From Candidatus Chisholmbacteria bacterium (GTDB taxonomy: Bacteria > Patescibacteriota > Microgenomatia > UBA1400 > Chisholmbacteraceae): a stretch of DNA of 64,000 nt. The DNA lies in the NCBI GenBank assembly GCA_963704905.1, contig CAVPHZ010000001.1, forward strand, positions 579,438 through 643,437. Direction: 5' to 3'. Every line of letters starts with the position of its first letter. Positions within the stretch are counted from its first letter, which is position 1. Under the pieces are notes generated by a model. That model saw only the letters and a program-made list of their open reading frames with translations, did not search any database and had not been told where the DNA came from. The translations under genes and the position numbers were made by a program. Positions 18,901 to 27,500 of this stretch are shown here, in pieces.

Positions 18901-19826
18901 TTGAGGTTTTGACAGTTGCTGAGACCGGTTCTTCAGAATCGGTGACGGTTGGGGCTGGCGGGGCTGGGGCAACCTCAAGTGATGATGGCAGTCCTCAAGA
19001 CGGCAGTGCCGGTAATTCGTCTGCATTTGGCAGTCATCTTTCGGCAACAGCTGGCGGTGGGGGAACTGGCGCTGCGACCAATGGAAATGAATCTGGAAAT
19101 GGAGGAGCTGGAGGACTGGGGGCTACGGGGGATGTGAATCTGTATGGTGGTGATGGAGCACCAGGATCAACCGGAGCCGAGGGACCGGTGGGAGGATTTG
19201 GTGGCGGTACATACTGGGGAGGTGGCGCTCCAGGACCAGATGTGAGCGGCTCCGGGTCTTCAGTTGGCTTTGATGCAAACAATTATGGAGGCGGAGGAAG
19301 CGGTGGTGTAGTTGAAGATGTTATCGCTAATCTGGATGGAGGTGACGGACAAGATGGCCTGGTGGTGGTTTTCTCCTACATTACTAGCGGTGGAGACGTA
19401 GCTGAGTGGTATGAAACTAAGGGGGATGTCAAACCCGGGGATGTAGTGGCAATTAGTTCTGACTTTATTGAATACGAGTCTCTAGCTGGCGGGCTTCAAA
19501 AAACCTCAATCTTAGAAAAAGCAAAGCCAGGAAGCAGTGTAGTGGGAGTTGTTTCATCGATGCCATTCTTAGTGGCCGGTGGAGATTTACTTGGAGCAAG
19601 CGCACAGGCAAAGCCAATTGCTTTGGCAGGTAGAGTTCCAGTGGTTGTGAGTATGGAGAATGGAGAAATTAAAGCGGGTGATCATTTGACGCTTTCTTCA
19701 ACTGCCGGGGTGGCGATGAGGCAAACCAAAGCTGGCGTTTCGGTGGGTAAGGCGCTTGAGGATAGTGAGTGCAAAGAAGGAGAAGAATGCCGAGTGTATG
19801 ATTTTGGTGAATACCTCTTATACTAA
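15987..19826 (+). CDS. Giant repetitive cell-surface protein, segment 3 of 3. It contains a C-terminal glycine-rich domain ('NVYTAGGTWNEPSGMRYAQVIVTAGGGGGG...') and a non-repetitive C-terminal domain.
   Basis: It is in the same frame as segment 2, separated only by an in-frame TGA at 15984-15986. The sequence 15987-16106 (SIIGGANSLINFPNFDVSAGGEVTVAAGAGIDTNAAGTLDLGVTNANAI) is homologous to later repeats (IIGGTNSLINFPNFDVSTAGEITVAAGAGLDTNAAGTLDLGVTNANAI). The ORF track starts at the TTG at 16107. Glycine-rich block is at ~18760-19330. Confidence 0.7.
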   Translation, partial: SIIGGANSLINFPNFDVSAGGEVTVAAGAGIDTNAAGTLDLGVTNANAISVGQAGMTTTVNGALTVAQTLTGQGTLSLGDGGDAITMSGTTVGITANGAGNDISLNLVDDNVDALDIQQGAINYLNITTSNGAEMMTLGNSALAAASITFDRGATGNLIFTDYTSCTALETNGTGQLVCGTDDGGSLQSAYVGGNTLDITAAEGALDIDLQSANMDIEVGQGTDTGNFRIWDTAANWLYIDEGADTMAIGAAAGGGLTIDTGGGGIGIGTSNNARAINIGTGTAVDTINIGTGGTGADVITIGNVDAGALTIIGGTNSLINFPNFDVSTAGEITVAAGAGLDTNAAGTLDLGVTNANAITIGDTGVTTTNAGALTVTETFTANGTFDANGLITAGDGGDAITLSGTTLTFTANSAGNDITFNMVDNNPDAFDLQQGTDSYININTSDGAEVMTIGNSITNTSIVIDRGSSGTLTLSDYTGGGAGCTALETNGSGQVVCGTDDGGVPNFDEVYAESITDGNLTMEIDNATGLTYDLTTTGDFTIADNGTPFVTFNDNGTVTFDGVSTFNTDVNMTFADTENLLIASTMSDDVAAIPLNITLTDNAGSSGSTAYGLQVTNTDNGANVGVPDALARFANANAAETMVDGLLIEQSAAGTLTNALRILESAGAITNGLVLSGTFGVGIDVGSNTIENIGNSGTDFTNTGGLTLAGTLDANGQVDLGDGGDTVTINGTTVSISPTGAGNDLTMNLVDNNTDALLIQETAGGDDYLVINTTNTTESIVFGNTGTNPDYSFVGTGQVTFSGNVDATNGLDVTTANLTVGGSNFSVAPGTGNVDTQGTIQAGSSNITITTSAGYVDADAIQLITGDGTGSTSSGSGLETDTDRLGLLQGCDDLDVLKWDNTGAVWECADSGTDTVTPNVYTAGGTWNEPSGMRYAQVIVTAGGGGGGEAECGDTGCSAAGGGGGGGGTSIEVLTVAETGSSESVTVGAGGAGATSSDDGSPQDGSAGNSSAFGSHLSATAGGGGTGAATNGNESGNGGAGGLGATGDVNLYGGDGAPGSTGAEGPVGGFGGGTYWGGGAPGPDVSGSGSSVGFDANNYGGGGSGGVVEDVIANLDGGDGQDGLVVVFSYITSGGDVAEWYETKGDVKPGDVVAISSDFIEYESLAGGLQKTSILEKAKPGSSVVGVVSSMPFLVAGGDLLGASAQAKPIALAGRVPVVVSMENGEIKAGDHLTLSSTAGVAMRQTKAGVSVGKALEDSECKEGEECRVYDFGEYLLY

Positions 19827-20217
19827 CGGCGTTTTGGTTCGTGAGACCATGAAGAGTGATGGACTCGAGCTTGATACTATCCCCGGAGATTTGGATTTTG
19901 GAAGGATGATACTTTCTCAGATGATTCGGGAGAAGCAGGATTTTGTTGCTGAATCAACGAATGTTTCTGAAATTTATACAGATAGGATTGGGGCTGGAAT
20001 TGAGATTATTACACCACGAGTGACGACGGAGAATTTGGCAGTTAACCATATAGAGTCTGCTAGCGGAGAAGGAATTGTTGTCAAACTTTCAGAGGGAGAA
20101 GCGCTGGCTGTCATGAACAGCGAAGAAGAAGAAGTGATGAGTTTTGACTCGCTCGGAAATGCGACGTTTGCTGGAACGGTTACTGCAGATAGATTTGAAG
20201 CTCCACGATACGACTGA
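19756..20217 (+). CDS. Hypothetical protein or frameshifted C-terminal extension of giant gene 1; contains 'SFDSLGNATFAGTVTADRFEA' motif.
   Basis: It overlaps the end of the 15987..19826 ORF by 70 nt in another frame. Its motif recurs in the following ORF (FDENGNAQFAGTVDADVIRA). A third overlapping frame (20144..20431) bridges the two, a pattern typical of frameshift lesions. Confidence 0.3.
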   Translation: MRIVSAKKEKNAECMILVNTSYTNGVLVRETMKSDGLELDTIPGDLDFGRMILSQMIREKQDFVAESTNVSEIYTDRIGAGIEIITPRVTTENLAVNHIESASGEGIVVKLSEGEALAVMNSEEEEVMSFDSLGNATFAGTVTADRFEAPRYD

Positions 20218-20394
20218 TATCCTTTCTACTCTGGATTTTGAGAGCACGCCGAGTGCCAGTTTAGCCTTACTTAACCACTTTGCCAGTTTGCAGGAGACGT
20301 TAACGGCGACTCAGGACTTAGCGAAATTTACACCGACCGGCTGGCGGCAGGGCTGGAAATCGTTTCTTATAAAGTCACAGCAGATACGCTTCAG

Positions 20395-21459
20395 GTGCGA
20401 AAGATTGAGAGTATACCCGGTGAAGATTTAGGAGTGAGTTTAGCAGATGGAGGACGGTTCGTGATCAGCAAGAATATGGACGGATTTGAGGACGAAGTGG
20501 TGGTGTTTGATGAAAACGGCAATGCACAATTTGCCGGAACTGTTGACGCGGATGTTATCAGAGCCAGGCGGATTGAATCGGAAGAGTTTGTGCAATTGGG
20601 ACAGCAAGTAAGTGATCTGTCATCGACGGTTGATGGACTGGTCAGCTCCGATTCTCCCGACCTTGACACCAATAGCGTCGATTCGATGCTGGCTCAAGGC
20701 GGATTGGTGGCAGGAAATACGGAGTTTGCCGGCGGGACGTCATTCTTAAGCAAAGCGAAGTTTGCCGCGCAGACGGTATTTGAAAAACTGGTCACCTTCA
20801 TTGGTGAGGTTGTATTCAAAGGCAATGTTCAGTTTATCGGCCGTCCGACGTTTAATAAAGATACGGCCGGATTTGCCAAGATTAAGCAAGGTGCGCGAAC
20901 GGTTCGGGTTGGATTTGATCAGGCGTATCTGCAAGTGCCAACCATCAATGTGACTGTGGCACTGGATGAGTTTGACAGCTTTGAAGCACAGGAAGCGGTA
21001 CGGGAAGCAGTGCTCTCCGGAGATTTGCGATACCTAGTGACCAAGCGATCGGCGAGCGGGTTTACCATTGAGTTAAATAAACCTGCGATTGAAGACATTA
21101 CCTTCTCATGGGTGGCGCTGGCAGTTGGCGATGCGAATGTGTTTGAGTCTGATGCGAGCTCAATAGATAATCAGGTTTTTGATACAGTATTTGGCCCTGA
21201 AAAACAACCTGATCCGGTGACTCCAACTCCGCATGAACCAACTAATGTTGAGAATTATGAATATGTTTCGCCGCCGGAGGAGTACCTAGATCAGTATCAA
21301 GTACCGGCAACTGAGATGGAAATGCCAACTCCACAACCAACGCAAGTGACAACGCCATCTTCTGAACCAACTGTCAGTCCAACTCCTACCGTTGTACCGA
21401 CAAGTACACCTACACCTACGACAACGACCGTACCTACACCAACTCAAACGCCAAGCTAA
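20395..21459 (+). CDS. Hypothetical secreted-type protein with a Pro/Thr-rich low-complexity C-terminus (TPTPHEPT...PTPTVVPTSTPTPTTTTVPTPTQTPS). It may be a further fragment of the giant gene 1 C-terminal region.
   Basis: 354-aa ORF with coding-like composition and a PT-rich linker-like tail. It shares a motif with 19756..20217. Confidence 0.4.
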   Translation: MRKIESIPGEDLGVSLADGGRFVISKNMDGFEDEVVVFDENGNAQFAGTVDADVIRARRIESEEFVQLGQQVSDLSSTVDGLVSSDSPDLDTNSVDSMLAQGGLVAGNTEFAGGTSFLSKAKFAAQTVFEKLVTFIGEVVFKGNVQFIGRPTFNKDTAGFAKIKQGARTVRVGFDQAYLQVPTINVTVALDEFDSFEAQEAVREAVLSGDLRYLVTKRSASGFTIELNKPAIEDITFSWVALAVGDANVFESDASSIDNQVFDTVFGPEKQPDPVTPTPHEPTNVENYEYVSPPEEYLDQYQVPATEMEMPTPQPTQVTTPSSEPTVSPTPTVVPTSTPTPTTTTVPTPTQTPS

Positions 21460-21609
21460 AGGTGCACGTTAGAAACTATTCGATGATGACAATAAGATCA
21501 CAGATTATAAATTATCAAGACTGAAGTATGATGCATAACCTGTCCATCGTGTTTTTAGTCTGTTGCGTGTCTTTTTGGCTCTCACTTGACTATTAACCGT
21601 AAAAATTTA

Positions 21610-21638
21610 TTGACAACATTATAAATTTACTATAGTAT
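21610..21638 (+). promoter_or_regulatory. Sigma70-like promoter: TTGACA (21610-21615), 17-nt spacer, TAGTAT (21633-21638). A GGAGGA Shine-Dalgarno (21641-21646) and the ATG at 21654 follow.
   Basis: Direct reading of 'ttgacaacattataaatttactatagtatgcggaggaaacgtgtatg'. It lies in an AT-rich intergenic region immediately upstream of the LytR_C-like gene. Confidence 0.5.
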
Positions 21639-21653
21639 GCGGAGGAAACGTGT

Positions 21654-22379
21654 ATGATTTCAAGAATTGTTGCTTTTTTCAGAGGATTTTTACTTCGGCC
21701 TGTGGTTCTGCTTGTTCTTTTTCTTGTCGCAGTTGGTGCGGCGGGATACTCCTATAATTTGTACCGAAATGCTCAAACCGAGTTACAGCGCTATCAAGAA
21801 GATCCACGTGCAGTTGCCGAGGAAGAAGTACAGCGAGTCGTAGGCGAAGTTGGTGAGCTCGTAGCGTTGCCTGAGGATGAAGATCCGACAGTGGCGACGG
21901 TTACGGATGCTGAGAATCTCAGACAGCAGCCGTTTTTTGAAAAAGCGGAAAATGGTGATAAAGTGTTGATCTACACCCAGGCTAAACGGGCAATCCTATA
22001 CCGACCAAGTACTAAAAAAGTCATCGAGGTTGCGCCGGTGAATATTGGAGCTGAGGGTAGTGTTCAAAGCATTGAGGGTGGAGAACAGCTGCCAAGAGTA
22101 CAAATTTCGTTTTTCAATGGGACTACGACCAGCGGTTTAACACGGGCGACGGAGGACACGCTTCGGAGTCAGCTTCCAGATCTGGAATTTGACGTTCCGA
22201 CACGGGAGAATGCGTCTTTTCAAGATTATTCCTCAACCATTATTGTTGACCTGTCTGGGAATAATGGATCCCTGGCTTCGCAAATTGCTTCAGCGCTCGG
22301 CGGAGAAGTCGGTTCACTTCCAGATGGAGAGACGGCTCCCAATGGAACTGATATCCTCGTGATTGTGGGTGGGGAGTAG
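21654..22379 (+). CDS. Membrane-anchored LytR_C-domain (LytR/CpsA/Psr C-terminal, cell-envelope-related) protein.
   Basis: Has an N-terminal TM helix (FLLRPVVLLVLFLVAVGAAGY). The C-terminal region, with 'QISFFNGTTTSGLTRATEDTLRSQLPDLEFDV...TIIVDLSGNNG...DILVIVG', resembles the LytR_C domain pattern (V.V.NG....GLA........L...G). Good SD and promoter upstream. Confidence 0.5.
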   Translation: MISRIVAFFRGFLLRPVVLLVLFLVAVGAAGYSYNLYRNAQTELQRYQEDPRAVAEEEVQRVVGEVGELVALPEDEDPTVATVTDAENLRQQPFFEKAENGDKVLIYTQAKRAILYRPSTKKVIEVAPVNIGAEGSVQSIEGGEQLPRVQISFFNGTTTSGLTRATEDTLRSQLPDLEFDVPTRENASFQDYSSTIIVDLSGNNGSLASQIASALGGEVGSLPDGETAPNGTDILVIVGGE

Positions 22380-22411
22380 ACATCTTTTTTTTCCTAAGGT
22401 AGAATTTTCTT

Positions 22412-22618
22412 ATGGAAAAAGATCCTGGTGATACAGGTAAACCTTCTGGTGAGAAATCATTTTTAGCAGACCTACTTGCGAAACAATCATATGTTAAAGG
22501 TGTTCCTGGGGATCACAGTGCGGCTGAGGCTGAGGTGCAGCGACAGATAGATCAAGCCACTCAAGGCGGCGATCCGATTACTGGTGAAGATGTCACCAAG
22601 TCTGGTGGAGATGATTGA
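22412..22618 (+). CDS. Small hydrophilic hypothetical protein (68 aa).
   Basis: Short ORF with coding-like GC content in an otherwise AT-rich region. There is no recognisable domain. Confidence 0.25.
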   Translation: MEKDPGDTGKPSGEKSFLADLLAKQSYVKGVPGDHSAAEAEVQRQIDQATQGGDPITGEDVTKSGGDD

Positions 22619-24497
22619 TTTGGAACTACCTCTGTTGTTTTTTTAGATATACTTCATTTCCATATTTCTACAAGCAGCGGTTATTTAATCTTTATGTGTA
22701 TTTTTAAACTACATGCAGAGTAATACATGATTGCAGTGGGTGAAACCGTGGTCTTTTATTAGAAATTGACAGTAGTTAATGATAATTGTGGTTACAAAAC
22801 ATCTACCATACTACTGATTGTGCTGATGTTGTCGTGTTTTGCAAGATTGACTTTCATCAGCAAACGCCTGGAGAGGATGCTGATCTGACTCGTTAAAGAG
22901 TTCATCGGGCCTGCTTTTATAATAACTTCATATAATTCTCCTCTTGACCGTTTATTTCGTTTTCTATGAGCTGTTGTTATCCTTTCCTATTTATCTTATA
23001 AGTGTGTATTCTGTATGAGTGTGGGTATTTTGACTAGTATGTGTTTATTTGGATTTAAGTATCATTGTTATATCAATGGTGAAAAGCATATTATGGGAAC
23101 TTTGCAGCATAATATGATATTCAATAATGTAGATTGTTTGTATCTCTTTATAACTTTTATATATAGTTTATACGCGTATCTATACCGAAGTTGCAAGAGC
23201 GATATTATGAGACAATCTCGTTAATAAGGGGCTTATAGCGCTGAAGTGCCAATTCGAATAAAATGGTTAAAATTTAATTGAAAATCATTATTAACCATAT
23301 ATTGCGTACTGAGCAACACTTTGTAAGAGTATTATTAGTACTCAGACCGCCTGGATGAGGATGCGTACGACCTGTAATAAATATTCAGAATAGATAAAAG
23401 GTTAAAGAATTGTTTCTCAATAAGACTGTTTTATAAGAGCCTCAAGAAGAATTACATAATTCGCAGTGACAAGCAGATTAACAGAATTCTCGGTATCTCT
23501 ATAAAAACTGCGTCTCTTCGAAAGTAGTCATGCGAGAAGATTCAAGGAGCTGGTAAGGGGAACTGCAATTTATTTGTATCAATACTAACTTGGCAAAATA
23601 ATCAGATAGTTTAATGCTGATGAGAATTAAAGCGGGATATACATATATGATAGAGACCAGGTAGAGTTTAATGAGAAGAAGTCGCATTTGGTTGACTTTC
23701 AGGGGTTCTTAATTCCTTCTAGAACGGCTTCTAACAGCTTACGTAGAGACTTATCTCGCAATCATCGAATATAAAATATTTCAAATGGATATATGGGCAG
23801 AGCTTAACCAGAATACGATCTTCTCAAGAGCAACATTGTTTACACTTCCGAATAAATTCCAATTATTACATTAGTTATATTGAGGTAGTTTGATGGCTAA
23901 GACTAATTGGTTGTTGGATATCAATGCTCTTTTTTTGGTTTATATTGCTATGGGTTTTAAGTTGTCATTGTGGATTTGTGGATAATTGATATATAGAAAC
24001 ATTTTCACGATGATATCTCTTAACTACTGATATATATAAGATCATAATAGTACTATCTATCATTGCAGGCTTCGGGATATATTATTTAATACTATTATCG
24101 GTTGATATTGAAATAATTATGTAACTCTCAATATATGTAGAACAGTGACAGACACGCTAATTGAGAATAATTGCTTTCATCATTAGCACTATTAGGGTAC
24201 ATATAGTATTCTTTAATACATCTGGAACTTATAATAAGAATTGATATATTAAGCCCTTAATATATTTAAGAATAAGATAAATTCCTCGAATATCGTTCCC
24301 CTGGAGTAACTCAAACATATTTAATTACCATTGTTAGAAGAACTAGTCACTATTATTAATACTACGGGTTTATTTAGAGATACATTTGCATCTCCCTCTA
24401 AGACAAATAAGCTTGATGTAGGGCTCTTAAATATCAATAACAGATTAGCAATATGTATAGATAAGACCGATAGTATACTAAATCACCTATCTGTATC

Positions 24498-24527
24498 TTG
24501 ACACTGTATCCACAACCTGTTTACATT
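24498..24527 (+). promoter_or_regulatory. Candidate promoter for giant gene 2: TTGACA (24498-24503), 18-nt spacer, TACATT (24522-24527).
   Basis: Read from 'cttgacactgtatccacaacctgtttacattgtac'. The -35 hexamer is perfect and the -10 is weak. It is followed by an SD-led mini-uORF at 24545-24565. Confidence 0.2.
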
Positions 24528-24585
24528 GTACTACCAGAGGAAAAATGGCTGAAAGGCCACATTAGAAATATAGCTTGCCTGCCCA

Positions 24586-27500
24586 ATGAAGTCGCAAAAA
24601 CGACGAGTAAAGCGTTTAAACAATGCTTTTTACTACTTCATACAGAGAATTGATGCTGTATCATTAAAGCGTCAATTAAAAAGTTTCAAACACATAAGAG
24701 ATAGGTTTAGAGATCGACCTAGTCCTTCGAATGATCGTGAAGTTCAGGTTGGAGACCATTCACAAACGCCACCAGATGTATTAGATCAATCTACTCGAGA
24801 AAAAGAGATTGTAAATATAGCGTGGCGTGACCCAGGCGTAAGCGTCGATGAATTAGCAGACAAAATACGCCTCCGCCAATGGGGTCATGACATTACAAAT
24901 GACCTGGTCTATCAGACCCTTCTTGCATACGGGATTGCTGAAAAAGAGCACCGTCTGCGTTGGGCCCAGGACCATCAATACGACTTCACTGAGGCATGGA
25001 ATGCCCTTATTCCTACTGCAAAGCGAAAAACTACCACTGGGAAGCTTTCAGCTCAAGAGCGATTAGCCATTATTCGCCGTGTAGAGCAGGGAGAACCCGT
25101 TGATCAAGTCTGTGCAAGTGTTGGAGTTTCTCGAACACTCTTTTATAAATGGAAGAAGCGGTATGACACGGTAAAGACTGAGGCATGGAAACGTACCTTT
25201 GGATTTACCCGTGGCACATTGGATGAGCGAGAGCTCTTAGCGGTTCTGGAATCCCAGCCAGCAAGCAAGCCGGTCGTCTATGGCGGGCAGGCAACAGCGG
25301 AGCAGGTACGTGCAGTTCTGGAAACGGTGGTGAAGAACCCTGACTGGGGTGTGGGAAAGATTTACAAGCATTTGCCAAAGGAAGATGGGAAACCCATCAT
25401 CGGACGTCATGGTGTACAGAAGATTTTGGAGCGGGAGAATCTTCGCAGCATAGAAGAGAGACGATATTGGGTGAGTACCCAACCAAAGAAAGGGTCGACC
25501 GAAGATACACAAATTATCAAGCTTGCATGGCAGGATCCGGGTCTTTCGGTTGAGGATTTGGTTGACAAAATACGCCTCCGCCAATGGGGTCATGACATTA
25601 CAAATGACCTGGTCTATCAGACCCTTCTTGCATACGGGATTGCTGAAAAAGAGCACCGTCTGCGTTGGGCCCAGGACCATCAATACGACTTCACTGAGGC
25701 ATGGAATGCCCTTATTCCTACTGCAAAGCGAAAAACTACCACTGGGAAGCTTTCAGCTCAAGAGCGATTAGCCATTATTCGCCGTGTAGAGCAGGGAGAA
25801 CCCGTTGATCAAGTCTGTGCAAGTGTTGGAGTTTCTCGAACACTCTTTTATAAATGGAAGAAGCGGTATGACACGGTAAAGACTGAGGCATGGAAACGTA
25901 CCTTTGGATTTACCCGTGGCACATTGGATGAGCGAGAGCTCTTAGCGGTTCTGGAATCCCAGCCAGCAAGCAAGCCGGTCGTCTATGGCGGGCAGGCAAC
26001 AGCGGAGCAGGTACGTGCAGTTCTGGAAACGGTGGTGAAGAACCCTGACTGGGGTGTGGGAAAGATTTACAAGCATTTGCCAAAGGAAGATGGGAAACCC
26101 ATCATCGGACGTCATGGTGTACAGAAGATTTTGGAGCGGGAGAACTTGAATACATTTACCAAACGACAGAGCTGGATATCTTCGCAGCCGGCATTTGCTC
26201 CAGAACCAACAGGCGTTCGACCAGAACTTTCTTGGCAAGACAGGATTAAACTTGCGACTGACGAGTTCATACCATCGCGGGCTCCGGCTCCTCCACCAGG
26301 CCAATCAGCACTCTTGTATTACTTCAGTTTTTACTCTCCCTATCTCTTCATTGCACTCTTTGTATTCACAGGACTTTTCGGATTCGGCTATCTCTTAGGC
26401 CACGCTCAGGACAGCAGCCAAGCAATTGGTTGGTTCTTTGCATCGGTTGCGCTTACCATGGGTGCGTTTTTCTTCCTCTACTCAATGAAGTACTACCTGA
26501 CGTTGGCCATCGTGCTCTCGTATACTCGTGAGGGGTCGGTTCCATTTGAATCCGAACGAGACACCGCGCGTGAAGGTACACTTATCGAACGGTTGTTCGG
26601 CTTATCTTTGCGAAAAGAATCAGGTGAAGAACATCTTGGTGAACTTCCTCGGAAGGCGGGAGGATTAGAACCTAATGTCGATGAAATTCATTTAGAACGG
26701 TATCCGTTTATTTCCGTACATTTACCAATGTACAACGAGAAGCATGTGGCGGAGAGACTTCTTCGGGCTGCTACGTCATTTGATTATCCTGCGTATGAAG
26801 TCATCGTTGCGGATGATAGTACCGATGAAACCAAAGACATTGTGATGCGGTTTGCCGATCATTGGAATAAAAACAAAAAGCCTGGACAGCCAGTGGTCAA
26901 AATATCACATCGAGAGACTCGAGCCGGATACAAGGGAGCAGCACTTCAACTTGCACTTCAACGGACTGATCAACGAGCAGAGTTTGTTACGATTTTTGAC
27001 GCGGACTTTGTTCCCTATCCTGACTCGTTGACATTGTTTGTGAAGTACTTTAAGCACTCGGCTGGGACGCTTGACTATCAAAGTGAGAAGTTCCAAGTCA
27101 GGCAGGCTCATAAGAGTGGTGCAAAATCTGAATGGAGCGTGGATGTCGATGAGAAGACGCGAGTGGCTGCTGTTCAAGGATATCAATGGCATGTACTTAA
27201 TAAGAGTGAGAACTGGGTTACTCGTGGTGTACGAACGGAGTATTCAGGCTCATATGTTATAGAGCGAAGTGGTGAGGAGTTGTATGGAGGGATGAAGCAG
27301 ATCTCCGGCTCGGTGTATATGATCCGACGAGATTTACTGGAGCGGTTTGGCTGGGGAACGTCGATCACTGAAGACTTTGAGATGACCTTGCGTCTCTATG
27401 AGGCTGGATACAGAGTTGTGTATACACCATACATCCAAGCACCGTCAGAGTGTGTGTCGACCTTGAAGCGATTATTTCGACAGCGTATGCGATGGGCTGA

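Noticed and set aside
23015-23687. Small ORFs 23015..23224 (+) and 23499..23687 (-) in the 2-kb AT-rich gap.
   Set aside because: They have extremely AT-rich, Ile/Tyr/Phe/Leu-biased nonsense-like translations with no RBS. They are more likely non-coding leader/regulatory DNA.
22620-24585. Searched the AT-rich gap and other intergenic regions (53928-54234, 54748-55648, 61197-61632) for tRNA-like T-loop / acceptor signatures and for rho-independent terminators.
   Set aside because: No GTTCGAATC-type T-arm or clover-leaf-compatible pattern was found, and no convincing GC-rich hairpin followed by a T-run. The T-runs at 22383-22392 and 22636-22644 lack upstream stems. I cannot exclude structured RNAs without covariance-model searches.
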